Below are positions 48,302-61,486 of a stretch of DNA of 64,000 nt, piece after piece; positions within the stretch are counted from its first letter, which is position 1; each line of letters begins with the position of its first letter. This DNA comes from Flectonema sp. DT1601 (lineage: Eukaryota). The stretch covers positions 496,001 through 560,000 of the forward strand of contig OZ025783.1 of the NCBI GenBank assembly GCA_964019425.1, written 5' to 3'. The notes under the pieces were generated by a model. That model made no database searches. It worked only from the letters and a program-made list of their open reading frames with translations, and was not told the DNA's origin. Position numbers and translations under genes: made by a program.

Positions 48302-51300
48302 ATGGTATATCTCAATGTCGCGGAAAAGCCTTCCGTGGCACGGGAGATGTCACGCACGTTGGGTGGGGGAAGATGCCAATCCAGGCCTGGAATTTCGCAG
48401 TACAATCAAGTTTATGACTTTAGGGCTCGTGTTTCGGTATGTTATTCACTTACGCACTATAGACAGGGTTTTCTTTGGATAATATAGGCGGGGATTGCCT
48501 GAACGTAATTTATGCAAAAAAAAAAAATAGGGAAGCGAAGTTGAAATGACAGTCACGTCTGTTTGTGGCCATTTAATGGAATTGGAATTTCCGCAAAGCA
48601 CAAAAAATTGGAGAACGACACCCGACGCCGCGCTATTTGACCAACCCGTTCGAAAAGTCGTTAAGGATGAAGGGATAGAAAAGAATTTAATAAAGGAGGC
48701 AAAGAAGGCGACCCACCTGGTCTGCTGGCTGGATTGTGATAGAGAGGGAGAAAATATCAGCTACGAGGTTATTCAAGTTTGTCGGATAGCCAACCCAAGG
48801 CTGAAAATATTAAGAGCGCGGTTTTCATCCTTAACCCAGAGAGACTTACAGAGAGCGTTAGACACTTTGGGGCCTCCGGATGAAAAGTCATCGCTCGCTG
48901 TTGATGCGAGACAGGAAATAGATCTTCGAATAGGTTCTGTCTTTACCCGATGGCAGACAAAGCTACTTCGTGATCGTTTTCAAGGAATTCAGGGAGTTGT
49001 GAGTTACGGCCCCTGCCAGTTCCCGACCCTCGGCTTCGTAGTTTCCCGCTACTGGGAACAGAAGGGATTCTCACCTGAGCAGTTTCATTACATTTCGTTA
49101 GAACATAAAACTGATACTTCGAATGTTAAATTTAAGTGGGCACGTGATCGAATATATGACTTTACTGCTGCAGCTCTGATGTACCAGCGATGCTGCGAAG
49201 ACGGCAAAGTTAAAATTCAAAAGGTTGTTCGAAAATCGAAGAGCAAATGGAGACCCGTTCCGTTGGCTACTGTCGAATTACAAAAATTGGCTGCACGGCA
49301 CCTGAGATTTGGATCGGAGAAGACAATGAAAATTGCAGAAACACTTTATCAGGAGACGGTTCTGTCATACCCGAGAACAGAAACCGATATATTCACGATG
49401 ACAGATGGAGAACTTCAAAATTTAATAAAGGTTCAGTCAACCGACGATAATCACACCTGGTCTCCTTATGCTATTAACCTTCTCAACCCCGAATCAAATA
49501 AATACCAGCGACCTCGTGCTGGTGGTCACGACGACAAGGCTCATCCTCCAATCCATCCCACGAAGTCCGGTGGTCACCTCACGGGTGACAAGAAATTACT
49601 TTATGAACTCGTATCGCGACACTTTCTTGCATGCTGTTCAAAAGATGCTTTGGCTGACGAGGTATGTCTTGATGATTTTTTTTTTTTTTTTGGAAATTTC
49701 TTCCTTTCCGATCATCAAACTCCATGTTAACCTTGACAATAACAAGTGTTGGACAGACCAAGCCTTCTGAGACCCATACAGTGGCATGGCGTCGACTTTT
49801 TTTAAAAAATTCCTAGTAAAAGTGGTCAGGCGCTCTCTCAATTTCTGTTCTTTGGCGTTCGGCTCAAACCAGCGCCCGAGGTATTTGAACTCTCCAGCTT
49901 CCTGGAGATTCGTAATCGGAACATTGTTAATCTTCAGGTCCGTGTTAGCTGGTTTCCCTTGTACAAAGCTGTGGGCAATGCATTTCTGGGGTTTCGCTTT
50001 CATACGAGACCAGGAAAGAAACTGTTCAAGCGACTTGATTAGCAATTTTGCCCCCGCCTTTGATGACGTGGTAAGTTGTAAATCATCAGCAAAAGCTGCA
50101 ACTAATAGTTGGAGGGATTTATTGTTAAACTCGCATCGCGTGCGGTGGGTTTAATCACTGAGGGGCCCATTCTCGTTCAGACTGTTCTGTTCTGTTCTAT
50201 CTGATGTTGTGTTGTGAGTGACAAGAACCGCGTGTTGCTTTTTTCCTACAAGAAAAAAACAGGTCATAGTATTCGGTGAATGTGGTGGGGAAGGGTTTTC
50301 AACTTCTGGACAGACGATTATCGCAAAAAACTATTTAGAAGTTTATACTTACGACAGATGGTCTGACAGTACGATACCTAATTATGAAGAAGGTGAAGTA
50401 ATAACTCCAACCTCATGTACATTGAGTGACGGGACTACAACAGCACCACCACTTCTAGCAGAAGTAGATTTAATTGCTACGATGGACAGGAATCAAATAG
50501 GAACGGATGCCACCATCGCTCAGCACATTAAAACAATAAAGGATCGTGGATATGTTACTGTAGAAAACATGCATTATTCTCCAACTAAGTTAGGCATTGC
50601 ACTTGTCGAGGCGTATGATGTGATGGGCTTCGCAGCGCTGTCGCTCCCAAAACTTCGCGCAGCAATGGAAGCTGATCTTTCTCAAGTTGTTTCTGGCCGC
50701 CGTTCTCACGAAGATGTCATTGCGACATATGTTGGAAGTTATCGAGAGATATTTAATGAAGTTCAATCCAAAACTACGCTTCTGGTGAATATCGTTTCCC
50801 GATGGTATCCCGCAAGCGAAGTGTCCGTTCGTGTCCTCACGCCAGATTTTTCAACATGCGGTAACTGCGGGCAAAAAGGTTTGTACCGTTTTACTGTTTA
50901 CAGATATTGCTCTTGTATTATAATTTATGAAACAAAATACAAAAAACAGGACAATTGGTTGTCTCAGGTGACGAAGACAAGTCATTCAAGTGTCAGCCGT
51001 GTGATATTCTGTATCCACTCCCTAAGGGTACCTTCCGACCTAAGGCGTTCAACTGCCCGCTGTGCGGTTTTGAAGTTTTCGATGTTGCCAGTGACAAGGA
51101 TCCGAATAAAATAACACACCAACTTTGTCCGCATTGCTTTTCGAATCCACCACCTAATTTTGGGCGTGTGGGTGAAATTGAAAATGCTCCAACTGGTAGT
51201 ATGCGCTGTTTTCAGTGTCAGAATTCCTCGTGTTCTCTCGCATCGCAGCAGCAACAAGTTTGGACTTGTCCGAATAGAAATTGTGGACAAGATCTTACAT

Positions 51301-52747
51301 TGGCCCGTTCCAAACGTGGGGACGATGCCTTCTGGATCGGCTGCAGAGGATTTAAAACAACAAACTGCAATCACAGCGTGTCATTTCCAAATGGTGCAGA
51401 GGTCACAGTCCTTTCGCAGAAGTGTCCAGCACACGGTGCATCTCTGGTGAAAATTCAATTCAAGTTTGTGATTTCTTTTTCTGTTTTTCATTTTCTGGTA
51501 AATGCCGTTATAACAAGTGTTTTGAAGTTGGCACTTCCAATGATAATTTGCGATGAACATATTAAGGCCTCCTAACTGAGCGCCAATAGAAATCACTTGT
51601 CCTCAGCAAAATCTGTTTTACTCGAAGCAGCGCCATCTTCCTGTCTGTTTAGTGGCAGGAGAGTTGGTGCAGTTGTCCTTCTTGAATACAGTTGTGGACC
51701 TGCCCAGTTGTGATTTACCTGTGTGGATAATCAGTTTCGCGCATGGTTTTGGCCTGGTGATACATTTATTACTTCAGATATGAGTTCATTATCAGATTCG
51801 TTAAGTTATTGAATTCAAGTCACAGCTTTCCCGGGCAGCACATATCCTGTTTGCCCAGATTAACCTGAAAAGAGTGGATTGTCAATCGGCAGTCCATAAA
51901 ATCGTGAGGCTGTTGCTTTACGAACTTTAACATTTTGATGATAATTACCTTTGCGATGAATCATCGAGTTGCTGAAGTGTACGCACACTCTTTTCTACCC
52001 AGGTGTTCATGCCCGTGTAGACAATTAGTTCTGTTCGGGTTATTGCCTGAGGATACAAGTCTTTTGTCCTTTCTTTGGGTTCGTATTATCAAATAAAAGG
52101 ACTGGATTTCAGTAATTGAAAAATAGGTTCGGCCGTCACAATCCTGAGTGGATGATGTTTTGCGAACCAGACTTCTCTGTTGTGGTATGTTATTAATTTA
52201 TTAAAAAAATACTTTCAGAAGTTCATTTACTTAAACTTGTCTCATAAATTGATAACAGACATGCTGTTGGTGTGAAGAACGTTTTGATGGTGAGATTCGT
52301 GTGAGAGGTTATCAACCTGCCTCGATAAGGGGAGGCAGAAGTCACACAACAGTTAGTCAACAGGCTCAGAAGCCGTTACAACAAATAAATCGAATTGGAT
52401 TGGGAAGCAGGAATGGTTCGCCCTCACCGCCTCCTACTTATGGACAGCAGGGAGCTGCTCAGTCAGGTTCTCCACCAAAGTGCGTTTGTGGTCTAGTAAG
52501 CGACCTTCGGACTGCCAACACGGAAGCTAATCGAGGTCGTCAGTTTTACTGCTGCCAAAAACGGGCAAACGAAAAGTGCAACTACTTTCAGTGGGTCGAC
52601 GCATACATTCCGGAAGCAAACACACCAATGTGTACCTGTAATGAATTATGCATTATCAAGACTGCTGCAACTGAACACAACAAGGGAAGGCGGTTTGCAA
52701 AGTGCTCAACCGGGAAGTGTGGATTCTTCGATTGGTTAGATAATTGA
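48302..52747 (+). CDS. TOP3A: DNA topoisomerase III alpha; exons 48302-48436, 48531-49661, 50263-50878, 50950-51463, 52127-52184, 52259-52747
   Basis: VAEKPSVA, DCDREGENI, SYGPCQFPTLGFVV, catalytic SYPRTET, GTDAT, C4 zinc ribbons and two C-terminal GRF zinc fingers. All five introns checked for phase. Confidence 0.95.
49705..50105 (-). pseudogene. Non-LTR RT core/thumb fragment in TOP3A intron 2
   Basis: AFADDL...MKAKPQKC...FKYLG...SRLTWSLMI on the minus strand. Confidence 0.85.
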
Positions 52748-53001
52748 CCGAAGCCGTTTGCGAGGACTCCGACGCATATCGTCGGAATCTTATTTTCTCT
52801 TTGTTTTCCCCCACAGTCGCGTTCTTCAACGTTGTCACTGAGGTTGCCTCAGGCACGGGATGTGTACTGATTGCCTGTAGGCGATCTGTCTCTAAGATAT
52901 TTGTCTAACCTGCGGCTTTCTCTGCAGAGGGCAATTGTTCAAAAATTTATTTCGACGATGTGATCAGACAAGGTATTTATTTCTTACAGGAATCCCCAGA
53001 A

Positions 53002-56000
53002 ATGGATCGAAAATCCAGCACGGCACCAGTAGCTGCGGCTCCACCAGCTGACTTCTACAAAGGATCAACTATGGTCACTATGAAGTTAACAGAGCGAATG
53101 CTGGTAGATGAGCAAAACGCACGGATCAAACGAGCGGTGACAACTGCAAGGAAAAAAGGACCGACGAAAGACAGCGAGATGGGAGCGTGGACACTTCGAC
53201 AGCCTACAGCATTCGAGGACAGGATAATGACAAATGCTAAAGTAAAAATGAAGAAGAACATTATAAAGAAACAGATCGTATTGGGTAAGGAATATAAAGG
53301 TGCTGCTTTTCTGGCGTCACCCCCACAGGTTATATTTAAGGATTTTGAAGTTGGCAAGGAAGAAGTTCAGAAGATTGTTCTCAGCAACGTGTCGTGGACT
53401 TTCAACACTTTTAGAATATTAGATTTCAGTGTAGAGATTTCTGACTTTTTTGAAATTACTTATGAGCGACCTGGTGAGATGTCTGCTGGTATGACTTGTG
53501 AAATATTCATACACTTCACACCAAAGATTAATCAGGATATTAATGATGAAATTAAGATTCTAACTAAAACTGGTCCGCTATCAATTCCACTTATCGCCAG
53601 CACTAAGAAAGTTGACATCTCTATTACACCAGAGAAGACTCCAGGTATTGGTCGTCAACTCGATCTGGGGCAGGTGGTTTTGGCAGAAAGTGTCACTCGT
53701 ACTATTGTGGTGAGTAATTCGGGTGCTTTGTCTTCTAAATTAGAATTACTTGGTGATATTACAAACCATCCAGAAATATCAATTCTTCCTTCAAAGTATG
53801 GCGCAATCCACATCGCACCTCATTCAACTGAACAGATTAGCATAACATACGCCCCGAAGGAAGTTCAATCGATTATGTGTTCAGCGCTACTCCACTTTTC
53901 CTCTCCTGAAGTTGAGGATGTCGTAGTGTCGGTAGTTGGTGAAGGATCAGAAGTTCCAGTTTATGTTCATGAGAATAGCAATGTTCTTGATTTTAGTTGT
54001 TGTTATGTCGACACGCTGTACCGCGATGAGCTTATAATATGTAATCGAGGCAGGACTAGTATGAGAGTAAAACCAAACGTTCCTCACTGGCTTCGACCTT
54101 ATTTAGAATATGTTCCGAAGTTTGGATTCGTTCAGCCTGACAGCTTTTTGTCTTACCAATTGAAGTTTCGACCATCACGAAGTATTTTAAAGTTTTCAGA
54201 TTTAGGTAAACTCTCTCCATCTGGTCAGCTTGATGTTCAGATACCAATTATGGCTCATGGCCAAGCTCTTCCCATTAGCTATCGACTACGAGCGTTGTTA
54301 ACGACTTCAGATCTCATGTTCAGTGAGACAGAGATGAATTTCGGTCTCTGTACTGCTAACGTTGGAGTGTCAAAAGTTCTCACTGTCATAAATAAAAGTG
54401 ATTTACCGCAAGAGATAGGCTTTACGGAGCTGCCCCCAAAGATTAGCGTAGAACCGAATAAAGGCTTTGCGAATCTACAGCCAAAACAATCAAAAGATTT
54501 TTGTATTTGCTACAAAGGATCGAGTCCGTCTTTTAGTGGAAAGATTGTTGTTAAAACTGAGAGAAATGAAGCTCACCAGATAAAGGTTGCTGCGACCTGT
54601 AGAAAACCTCCGTTACAGCTTTCAAGTACGTCGCTTAGATTTCCTGCGGCGGAAATAGATGAAAGGTTGACTGCTTCTCTTCTAATTAGAAATACTGAAA
54701 CTGGTTGTAGTCCACAAGTTTATTCGATTCATACTCCTGACAATTGTTTTATATCTGTGTCACCAGCTTGTGGTGAAATATGTAGTGGAGATGTGGAACC
54801 GTTGTTGTTAACATTTCATCCGACGATTCAAACTATCACTTCAGAAGTACTGACAGAATGGACTCTCGACGTTCGGGAAGACGGAAACCCTTCGTATCAT
54901 AGAACCTTTCGTATTCCCTGTTTTATTAAAAACTCTGAGGTATCAACTATTCACATAGAAGCTCGGTTGTGTATTGTTTTCCCAAAGATTGTCATATCTC
55001 CTCTCATTAGTAATAATCCTCAGCCATCACAACGCAAGGCCAGCGAAGCAAAAATTGAAGTTCATGCAAAGGGTAAGAAACCACAAAAAGCAGATGACAA
55101 GAAAGGAACTCAAAAGGGAAACAAAACCTCAGCACCTGCTGCTGAAATAAAAGAAGAAGTTGATCCGATTGATAAACAGGGACAGGAGAGTGAAACTATT
55201 CAAAATATGCTCTCAGCACCTCCGAATTTCTCTGATCGTGAAGCCACTCTGTCGTGGCTGAAAGTAGTGTCTACCGCGAACTTACATTTCGGAGAAGTGC
55301 CTGCATTCAAAACCACGACTTGTACATTTCAGGTGACTAATCTACCGACTTCTTCTGATTGTGATTTAGTAATCAAACCGTTGGATCCTTTTGGACCCTT
55401 TTCGTTACTAAAACCTCCCTTCCCACTCCGCCCTGGGCAGATGTGTGAAATCGTAATTCAGTTTTGTCCCAGCACTGCAGCTGTTTATGAGGATGAGTTG
55501 TTAATTACTACCAAAAGTGGTAATGTGAAAGTAATTAGAATGAAAGGTATTGGACTTGAACCAACTCTCACAGTAACTTTAGATAATGATGTAATTACTG
55601 ATCTCACAAATCCAGTAGATATCAACATGGGAGCAGTACTCTCATCAAGTGTCTTACATCAGAATGGGTTCAGTCCTTCACAAGTTGTCCAGGAAGTTAA
55701 GAAAAGACAACTCACATTAACTAGCAAATGCAATTTTGATATTCCGTTTTCCATATCATTCGTAGAGAACAGTGTGGAGCCTCTCTGTGCGTCGGGTGAT
55801 ATTCCGTTTGTAGTCCAACCAGCTGTCGGTATTGTACCAGCGGGTGAGAGTATAAAGTTATCTCTCGAGTTTCAACCTGACCACGAAAGTGATCTTTACC
55901 GAGGTGATGCTATTTGTGAATACGGAGGACTCGATAAACACGTTCGGTTACGTTTCATTGGAACATCATGGAATACCGGTATTTATGTTCAGTGTTTGGG

Positions 56001-56562
56001 CGCATTGGATCTACAACGGCGAGTTGAAAGGTGTGGAGAAGATGTCGTTCAACATCATTCTCTGTGTGATGATTATTTAACTTCATTTGATAGTCTTCCG
56101 AGTAACGTACTTGTTGAGAAATCTCAAGAGAGTAAGCGACACTTTCAATATGACTTCTACCCTGTTTTCTCAAGAGAGAGATTACTTGAGAGTGATGCCA
56201 AGCACACCATTTACGTCGGAAATACCAAAACATCCGACCCGAAGGGTTCCGTTCCAGGAGAAGCGTTTATCGATCCCAAAGAACTTGCGGAAGCAGAGCT
56301 CTTCGGGTTTCGGTTCTCTAATATGCCAGGCGGCCGTGTTTCAATACCTCCGGGTACTGAGATACCCATCGATATCTCTTTTTCACCGAAAGACAGCTCT
56401 GGGTACCTTTCTCAGGATGTGTATAATCAGCTACCAGTCCCTGGTGTATTGTTGAATGTTGAAACACAACTTAAAATTTATCTTAAAGGCGGGTGGCCAT
56501 CTTCTGACTCCGGAGAGATTACACTTCTTCTTAAAGGAAATGTTAAAATTCCAGACATGTAA
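53002..56562 (+). CDS. CFAP74: Cilia- and flagella-associated protein 74 (ASH/Hydin-like domains)
   Basis: KQIVLGKEYKG...IFKDFEVGK...NVSWTFN...PGEMSAGMTC...FTPKINQDI, recognised as CFAP74. Repeated Ig-like ASH segments. Single exon. Confidence 0.85.
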   Translation: MDRKSSTAPVAAAPPADFYKGSTMVTMKLTERMLVDEQNARIKRAVTTARKKGPTKDSEMGAWTLRQPTAFEDRIMTNAKVKMKKNIIKKQIVLGKEYKGAAFLASPPQVIFKDFEVGKEEVQKIVLSNVSWTFNTFRILDFSVEISDFFEITYERPGEMSAGMTCEIFIHFTPKINQDINDEIKILTKTGPLSIPLIASTKKVDISITPEKTPGIGRQLDLGQVVLAESVTRTIVVSNSGALSSKLELLGDITNHPEISILPSKYGAIHIAPHSTEQISITYAPKEVQSIMCSALLHFSSPEVEDVVVSVVGEGSEVPVYVHENSNVLDFSCCYVDTLYRDELIICNRGRTSMRVKPNVPHWLRPYLEYVPKFGFVQPDSFLSYQLKFRPSRSILKFSDLGKLSPSGQLDVQIPIMAHGQALPISYRLRALLTTSDLMFSETEMNFGLCTANVGVSKVLTVINKSDLPQEIGFTELPPKISVEPNKGFANLQPKQSKDFCICYKGSSPSFSGKIVVKTERNEAHQIKVAATCRKPPLQLSSTSLRFPAAEIDERLTASLLIRNTETGCSPQVYSIHTPDNCFISVSPACGEICSGDVEPLLLTFHPTIQTITSEVLTEWTLDVREDGNPSYHRTFRIPCFIKNSEVSTIHIEARLCIVFPKIVISPLISNNPQPSQRKASEAKIEVHAKGKKPQKADDKKGTQKGNKTSAPAAEIKEEVDPIDKQGQESETIQNMLSAPPNFSDREATLSWLKVVSTANLHFGEVPAFKTTTCTFQVTNLPTSSDCDLVIKPLDPFGPFSLLKPPFPLRPGQMCEIVIQFCPSTAAVYEDELLITTKSGNVKVIRMKGIGLEPTLTVTLDNDVITDLTNPVDINMGAVLSSSVLHQNGFSPSQVVQEVKKRQLTLTSKCNFDIPFSISFVENSVEPLCASGDIPFVVQPAVGIVPAGESIKLSLEFQPDHESDLYRGDAICEYGGLDKHVRLRFIGTSWNTGIYVQCLGALDLQRRVERCGEDVVQHHSLCDDYLTSFDSLPSNVLVEKSQESKRHFQYDFYPVFSRERLLESDAKHTIYVGNTKTSDPKGSVPGEAFIDPKELAEAELFGFRFSNMPGGRVSIPPGTEIPIDISFSPKDSSGYLSQDVYNQLPVPGVLLNVETQLKIYLKGGWPSSDSGEITLLLKGNVKIPDM

Positions 56563-56956
56563 GGATGTCGTCGCTTACGGAGTGTTAGTCAGCCATTTTA
56601 CTGGTCAGCTAACTTAAACCTTTATTATCATAACTGGTGTCAACTTGTGGAGGGTAATTTAAAAAAATCATTTCCACACCCAACTTGTTAATAATCCTTT
56701 CCCCAGTTAGTTTTGGTACTTATTCAACTCTTGCTTGTCGGGCTGAAATTGCCTTTTGAATGCATTCGATGGAAGTTTCTGAAGATTTAATCAACTTATT
56801 TTACATACAGGTGTGAATTATTCAAATCTAAATTAGCAAGAGCTCTTTATAGTTCTTTCTTCACTTCAAGTCAACACATTGACGACCCCAATTGAGTCAA
56901 ACGATTTGTTGGATACCTTTTACGTTATTTCCATTTTACAGCCCACCCATCCCCAA

Positions 56957-58611
56957 ATGTCAGCCCAAAAAGATGCCGACTACTACACAAAGAGAATAAC
57001 AACTCTCAAGTCGGTACACCAGAGTGAAGCTGAGCGCTGTAAACATCTTCAGAAAGCTGTGCAACTGTCGAAGATTGAAGTCTCAGAATTCTTAAAGAGA
57101 CACGAAGAGAATGAGAGAGAAAGACAGCGTCAGACAGAGTACGTTCAGAAACTGGAAGAAGGTGTTCAGGAAAGAGAGGAACATGTTACTTCTCTAAAGA
57201 GGAAGATTGCACAGGTTCGACGAGAGCTTCAAGAGAGAGACGTTAACACGCAAACTATCCGTCAGCAAGTAAAACGAGTTCAGATGCGAGCGAGGAATGC
57301 GGAGGAGTTGCAGGCTCTCAAGAGTGACGCGCAGGGTACTGAAATTGACGTCAAAAGCAGACAACTTGCTCTACTCGCAGCAATTCGTTACACCAATCAA
57401 CGTATTAAACAACTCGAAGGTGAGAAGTTGGGTGCAGTTCACAGAGATCTTGATGACCAGGACTCGAGGACTCTCCAGCAGAGAAAGACAAATCAAATTC
57501 TAAAAGAAGAAAATGATAAGACGCAGCACAGCATTAATGAAGAGATGGATTTGCAGAGGAAGTACATCGAAGATGTCGCAGCAAAGATTGAAGTCACTCG
57601 CAAGGAGATCGCTCAGTTGGAAGCCTCATATGAGGAACTTGAAACAGCTCCGCAGAGTATCGAACTATCAACAGAAGTACTTCAAGGAGTCATCCAACAT
57701 CTTAAAGATCAGATCGCTCAAACAGAACGCGATCGCGCTGCTATTGACGAAGAGAAGAAAACTCTTATTCAGCGTATTATGCGCAGTAGTGACCCAGATG
57801 CTAAGATGAGAGAGTGCATGATGCTTCTAAAGTCCGCTGTAATTAATCTTTGGAAAGATTACCAGTCTATTGGACAAGTTCGTGACAAAATCAGTATGTA
57901 CCAAACATTATTAAACTTGTGACCTCACCTGACTTTCTCCCGAAAACATATTTCAATTAAATACAAAACAGTGAAAAGACCTGATCAGGAAGCAGTTTTT
58001 AAAGAGGCCCACAACACAATTAAGACTGCAATCAAAAGTATTGAGCGCGGTCCCAAGTCTCGGTTCACTGGAGACGAAGTGCCTGTTAGAGGACAGAGAA
58101 AGGAGCCAGCCAAGTATGTTTTTTACAAATTATTCTTGTGATGGTTTCAAGGTAGTGTCAGTCGCACACATCATCAAACAGGTGGAATGTTAGTGAGAAG
58201 GATATCGAGAAGTTGGACGCCCACAAAGTCAGAACAATCTTTAGAGCGCTTCAGGAGATGGTTATCGCATGGGATGTTATGCCAACAGAACGTAAGGCGA
58301 ATATGGCAACTTGTGAGGAAGTTGTAGCAAACTCGTTATTGTTGTACTCTCTGGCTAGACACACGCTGACACAGCAGAACAAAACTTTGATGGAAAAGAA
58401 GGCGCAGCTTGACCAAAGTGAGTCCAGACTTACAAAGAGAGGAGCTTATACTTTACCAAGAGACGATGAAGGTACTGTTGTTCCATCACCGCAACCAACT
58501 CGCAGACTTCAAGCAACTCCTTCAACTGCCGCTCGAAAGCCTGTAACTCATGTTGATCCTATTTATGAATCTGCTCGTGCTGGTTCTCACTCACCTGGTT
58601 CATTCTTATAG
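56957..58611 (+). CDS. Uncharacterised coiled-coil protein; exons 56957-57893, 57972-58113, 58182-58611
   Basis: Long heptad-rich ORF. Two gtatgt...aacag introns join the frames correctly. Confidence 0.8.
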
Positions 58612-59486
58612 TGTTCTACTAATGAAAGATAAAATATTTAATTATTAGTTATTGACTGTTGACTTGTATCCGATACCTCCGTTGCACAGCATTTTATTAT
58701 TTCTGCCAGCAGCTACTGTAGTACAGATTCCTCCCCACTCTTGTAATTAATGTTTCGGTACTTCCCCTTCCCAACCTCATTAGAGTTCTTGTGTTGTCTA
58801 CTTGTTCCCTTTGTTTTTTGTTTCCTTTCCCCTGTTTTTGCATTCAACAATTGCATGGCTGTGGATAGTCTGGGAAAATGAATGTGTTTATAGTTAATGA
58901 ACACTTCATAACAAACAGCTGCCTTGACTTAAACCACACCGTTATGTCACTCAATTTCATGTTTTCATAATCCAGCTTATAGTTGTTGTTTGTTGTATCC
59001 CTCCCAGCAGTCAGCGCGGTCTGCTTGTCCCTTTCTGCAATTTGTGTCACAAATAACTTCACCTGGCGGTGAAGGCAAATTTGCCAAATTTGCACTGAGC
59101 CAAACTTTTGATTAGGAAATAGCGTTTGCGTACTTGAGAAAGCAAACGGAAAAATATATGCTGCCTGACTCCCAGTTCTCCCGCCCATGCACCCTGTGTG
59201 ATTTTAGTTAAGGCTGCACATTGTACAGTTAAAGAAATGTAAATTATATTGTTCCTTTTATTAGAGACAGGTATTATGTGCAGGCAGACACTACATCAAT
59301 CATTTGAAAAGGAAACCGTTGCCAATAAAGGTTTAGTGAATCATTGTCTTTTTTAGAAAAATGCTTATTCACTTGTTAAGATATATCTCCTTCCCCAGCA
59401 GTGTTTTGTTTTCTTCCCCCCACAAAACTCTGTTAAGTCGGGGGGGGGGCAATGCAATTTGGTTTGCCGTAGTCTATCCTCCCGCC

Positions 59487-60210
59487 ATGGGATGTGGTGT
59501 TAGTAAGGACAACCATCCGTTTTACGGGATTGGTTCTAATGCTGACAAGGAAAGCAAAGATATGAAAAAGCGAAGTGGTCCAAAGAAGAAACGGAAAAGG
59601 AAAGCAAAGAAGGGAGGGAAAGGTGCCCGAAAAAACAGCCACGAGACCACAAACGGAAAACATCAAGCGATTGATTTGGGCTCCGGGTTTAGTCACACGG
59701 CAGAGTTAACTAACTTCTTAGATAAAGAAACAATTTATAAAGTTGAAGAGTGGCTATTTGATGCTGCTGAAGATATCGAATTTCAAAAGCAAACGGTTCC
59801 TGGGAGATCTGTGAAACGACCGAGTCGTCCCACCATCAGTCCAATGGATCGAAGTCGAAATAAAAATGTTCATCACTTGAAGAGATTATCTATTAGAGAA
59901 TTCACTACTCTCGTACCGGATACCTTACCACGCACTGCACGTCAGGGTTCTGATGCACTTTCTAGTAATGTATGTAAACACTTTCTTGCATTGATTCTTG
60001 AAATTTCAACGAAGCAAAAACAAACAACAACAGAAATCGGTTGGGGTTGACGGCAATGAGCTTCGAAGTTGCATGTCCACTACCCGGGGTTCTATAACAA
60101 CAGGGTCGTCGAGGGGTCACAGAACGTCTAATGAAAAACTGTCATCACCTACTTCAGCCTCAGCCACTGCAAATCAAACTAATGTTTCTAAGTCAAATTT
60201 AGTTGCGTAA
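59487..60210 (+). CDS. Putative myristoylated/palmitoylated basic protein; exons 59487-59969, 60034-60210
   Basis: N-terminus MGCGVSK, polybasic tract, phase-0 intron. Confidence 0.75.
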
Positions 60211-61486
60211 AATGTAACAAAAGCTTTGTCTGCAATATTCTTTTTGGCTTAAGTTAGGAAATAAAAATTTCAGTTGGAGAAAACCCTTGTTTCAAAGAAC
60301 AGAAGAAAAAAAAAAAAAACAGTTCCTGAGATTCTTTTTGGGTGCGGTTTCTGTTGTTGCTAACATTGGTCATGAAAAGTTATCTCATGTGTGCGGTGTT
60401 GTAATTACTGTAAAATATAAATATTCTTTTCGGGGTGATAGTAACAGTTAGTCAAAGATACATTTAGTTGATATTTAGTTTTAACTAAACCGGTCGTTTA
60501 TTTCTGCTGCAGGTTGCGAACATATTTCATAAGCAACGCTATCTTTAATCTTTCTCTCTTATCTGTCCAGCCAACATTTGAGTGTTGTCTGATCCGAAGT
60601 GTTTGTTTTTTGTAGGCTGCGGCATTGACTTTGTGTTTGACTAATTCTAAAAAAAAACGGGGAAAAAAAAAAAAAAAACAGTAGTTGTAAATGTAGCAAA
60701 GAAGAGAGCAATAGTAAGGCAGTAAGAGTAACTCCGTCACCCTTCACACACTTTATACTGTTTGCTTGTTGAAATATCTCCCCTTCCACTTTATCTTTTA
60801 AACTCTCCCCAACTTCTTAATAATAAAAGCAATTTTACTCACCTATTCCGAAGTCACTTACGTGAATGCGGCAGGTGACCTACTGTTAGCTCGATGATTT
60901 TTTTTCTTTCTCCCACCGATTCAAAGAGGTTTGACCTGACTTGTGAATGTTGGATTCTTCAATTTGTGTTCGCAATTGATGTAATGTTTTTATCACTATC
61001 AAACTTTGTACATTTCAATTAATGAAGAAAGGAATGCCTGTGATCTATTTATTTGTTTACTAACAACGTGTGCTATCCAAAGCATGATTAACAACATAAT
61101 CGTTAATTTTTCGATTCAAATTTGGTGACTACGTTTTTGATAGTAGTTGGGAACTTTAATTCCTTTGCAATGGTTAAGGGAGTGTGCGTCAGCAAGTCTA
61201 AATAAATGGAGCTTGCTAAAACCTTACCTTACAGTGATGACATTCTCTTGATTAGATATTTACACCTGATGGTCAAGATGAGAAACCTTATTTAACCAGA
61301 CCCTTTTCTCAAGTTCCTCTCCCACGTCACCATATTTTTCTAACTTGTGTATTATCATTTTCATTGTAATTCTTCTTTCTGTTTCAAAAGGGCAGGGGAG
61401 ATGTGAGGAAATGCTGATAACTTTTGTAGCTTCATGGAGTTTTTGTTCAGATTCACATTTCCCTCCTACAGTATTTTGATCGCAGT

